Positions 63,199 to 64,000 of a stretch of 64,000 nucleotides of DNA are shown one piece after another. The translations under genes and the position numbers were made by a program. The notes beneath the pieces are model-generated. The model ran no database searches. It saw only the letters and a list, made by a program, of their open reading frames with translations, and was not told the origin of the DNA. Origin of the DNA: Halarcobacter sp. (GTDB taxonomy: Bacteria > Campylobacterota > Campylobacteria > Campylobacterales > Arcobacteraceae); contig CP182352.1 in NCBI GenBank assembly GCA_048571215.1, forward strand, positions 3,392,001-3,456,000, in the 5' to 3' direction. Every line of letters begins with the position of its first letter. The first letter of the stretch is position 1.

Positions 63199-63277
63199 GC
63201 TTAAATTTTTTACATTAAATCTAAAAGTAATACTTAACTTGCTAAAATCCTTTTAGAAAATTTTTTAAGGATTTATT

Positions 63278-64000
63278 TTGAAGAGTATAAGTGTTGCACA
63301 TTCTCCCGATGCCGATGATATTTTTATGTATTATGCTATTAAATTTGGTTGGGTTACCCCTAAAGATGCAAGTTTTGTAAATATAGCAGACGATATTGAA
63401 ACTCTAAATCAAGCTACATTAAAAGGTGAGTATGATATCTGTGCAATATCTTTTGCCCTTTATCCTTTTGTTAAAGATGATTATGCCCTATTAAAAACAG
63501 CTGTTTCTTTTGGACAAGGGTATGGTCCTAAACTTATCAAGAAAAAAGGTACTAAGTTAAAAAGGAACTTTAAAGTAGCACTTAGTGGAGAGTTTACTAC
63601 AAATGCTCTTTTATTTAAAGTGGCATACCCAGAAGCTAGAATCACTTATATGAACTTTTTAGATATAGAAAAAGCTGTTTTAGATGGCACAGTTGATGCG
63701 GGTGTTTTAATCCACGAATCAATTTTAAATTTTGATGAAGAGTTAGAAGTGGAACGTGAGATTTGGGATATTTGGGTAGAGCTTAGTGGAGGAGACTTAC
63801 CACTTCCTTTAGGTGGGATGTGTCTTCGACGATCATTGCCTCTTCATAGTGCGATTGATTATGAAAATACTCTAATCAAAGCTGTTGATGTGGCAAATAA
63901 AAATAGAAAAATCTTAGCTCCAATGTTACTTGAAAAAGGGCTTATTAGAGTAGATGCTGATACTTTAGATACTTATTTAGATCTTTATGCAAATGATACA
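63278..64000 (+). CDS. mqnD: MqnD-family futalosine-pathway menaquinone enzyme (runs off window end)
   Basis: Not in the ORF track; TTG start, MKSISVAHSPDADDIFMYYAI...DIETLN...SFGQGYGP...GVLIHE...LPLPLGG. Confidence 0.88.
   Translation, partial: MKSISVAHSPDADDIFMYYAIKFGWVTPKDASFVNIADDIETLNQATLKGEYDICAISFALYPFVKDDYALLKTAVSFGQGYGPKLIKKKGTKLKRNFKVALSGEFTTNALLFKVAYPEARITYMNFLDIEKAVLDGTVDAGVLIHESILNFDEELEVEREIWDIWVELSGGDLPLPLGGMCLRRSLPLHSAIDYENTLIKAVDVANKNRKILAPMLLEKGLIRVDADTLDTYLDLYANDT

Overview
AT-rich Campylobacterota chromosome segment. Gene content and order (mnmG-ribE-mreCB-clpX-lpxA-fabZ-lpxB-queH, epsilon-type nuoA-N, mqnD) point to Arcobacteraceae; this taxonomy is inference. The window has two halves. 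Bases ~27.5-64 kb are housekeeping genes. Bases 1-27.5 kb are an accessory island bounded on the right by a Tn7-like transposon (tnsA-tnsB-tnsC-tniQ plus a convergent TnsE-like gene). Its TGT-started end lies inside the last codons of mnmG and occurs as two nested copies 108 bp apart; no matching left end was found in the window. Left of the tns genes lie: (1) a C5-methyltransferase paired with a MORC-type GHKL ATPase carrying a HEPN-like tail; (2) a TIR/SEFIR-NACHT protein; (3) a compact three-gene RiPP-like operon (73-aa precursor, radical SAM/SPASM enzyme, TauD-like Fe/2OG oxygenase); (4) a 2345-aa lipoprotein-anchored teneurin-like RHS toxin with an immunity gene and an orphan toxin/immunity cassette framed by ~154-bp repeats; (5) a glycan locus with GT4, a phosphoglycosyl transferase, a Wzx flippase and a PglB/STT3-like oligosaccharyltransferase missing from the ORF track. 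All family calls come from motifs recognised by eye; no database searches were run.
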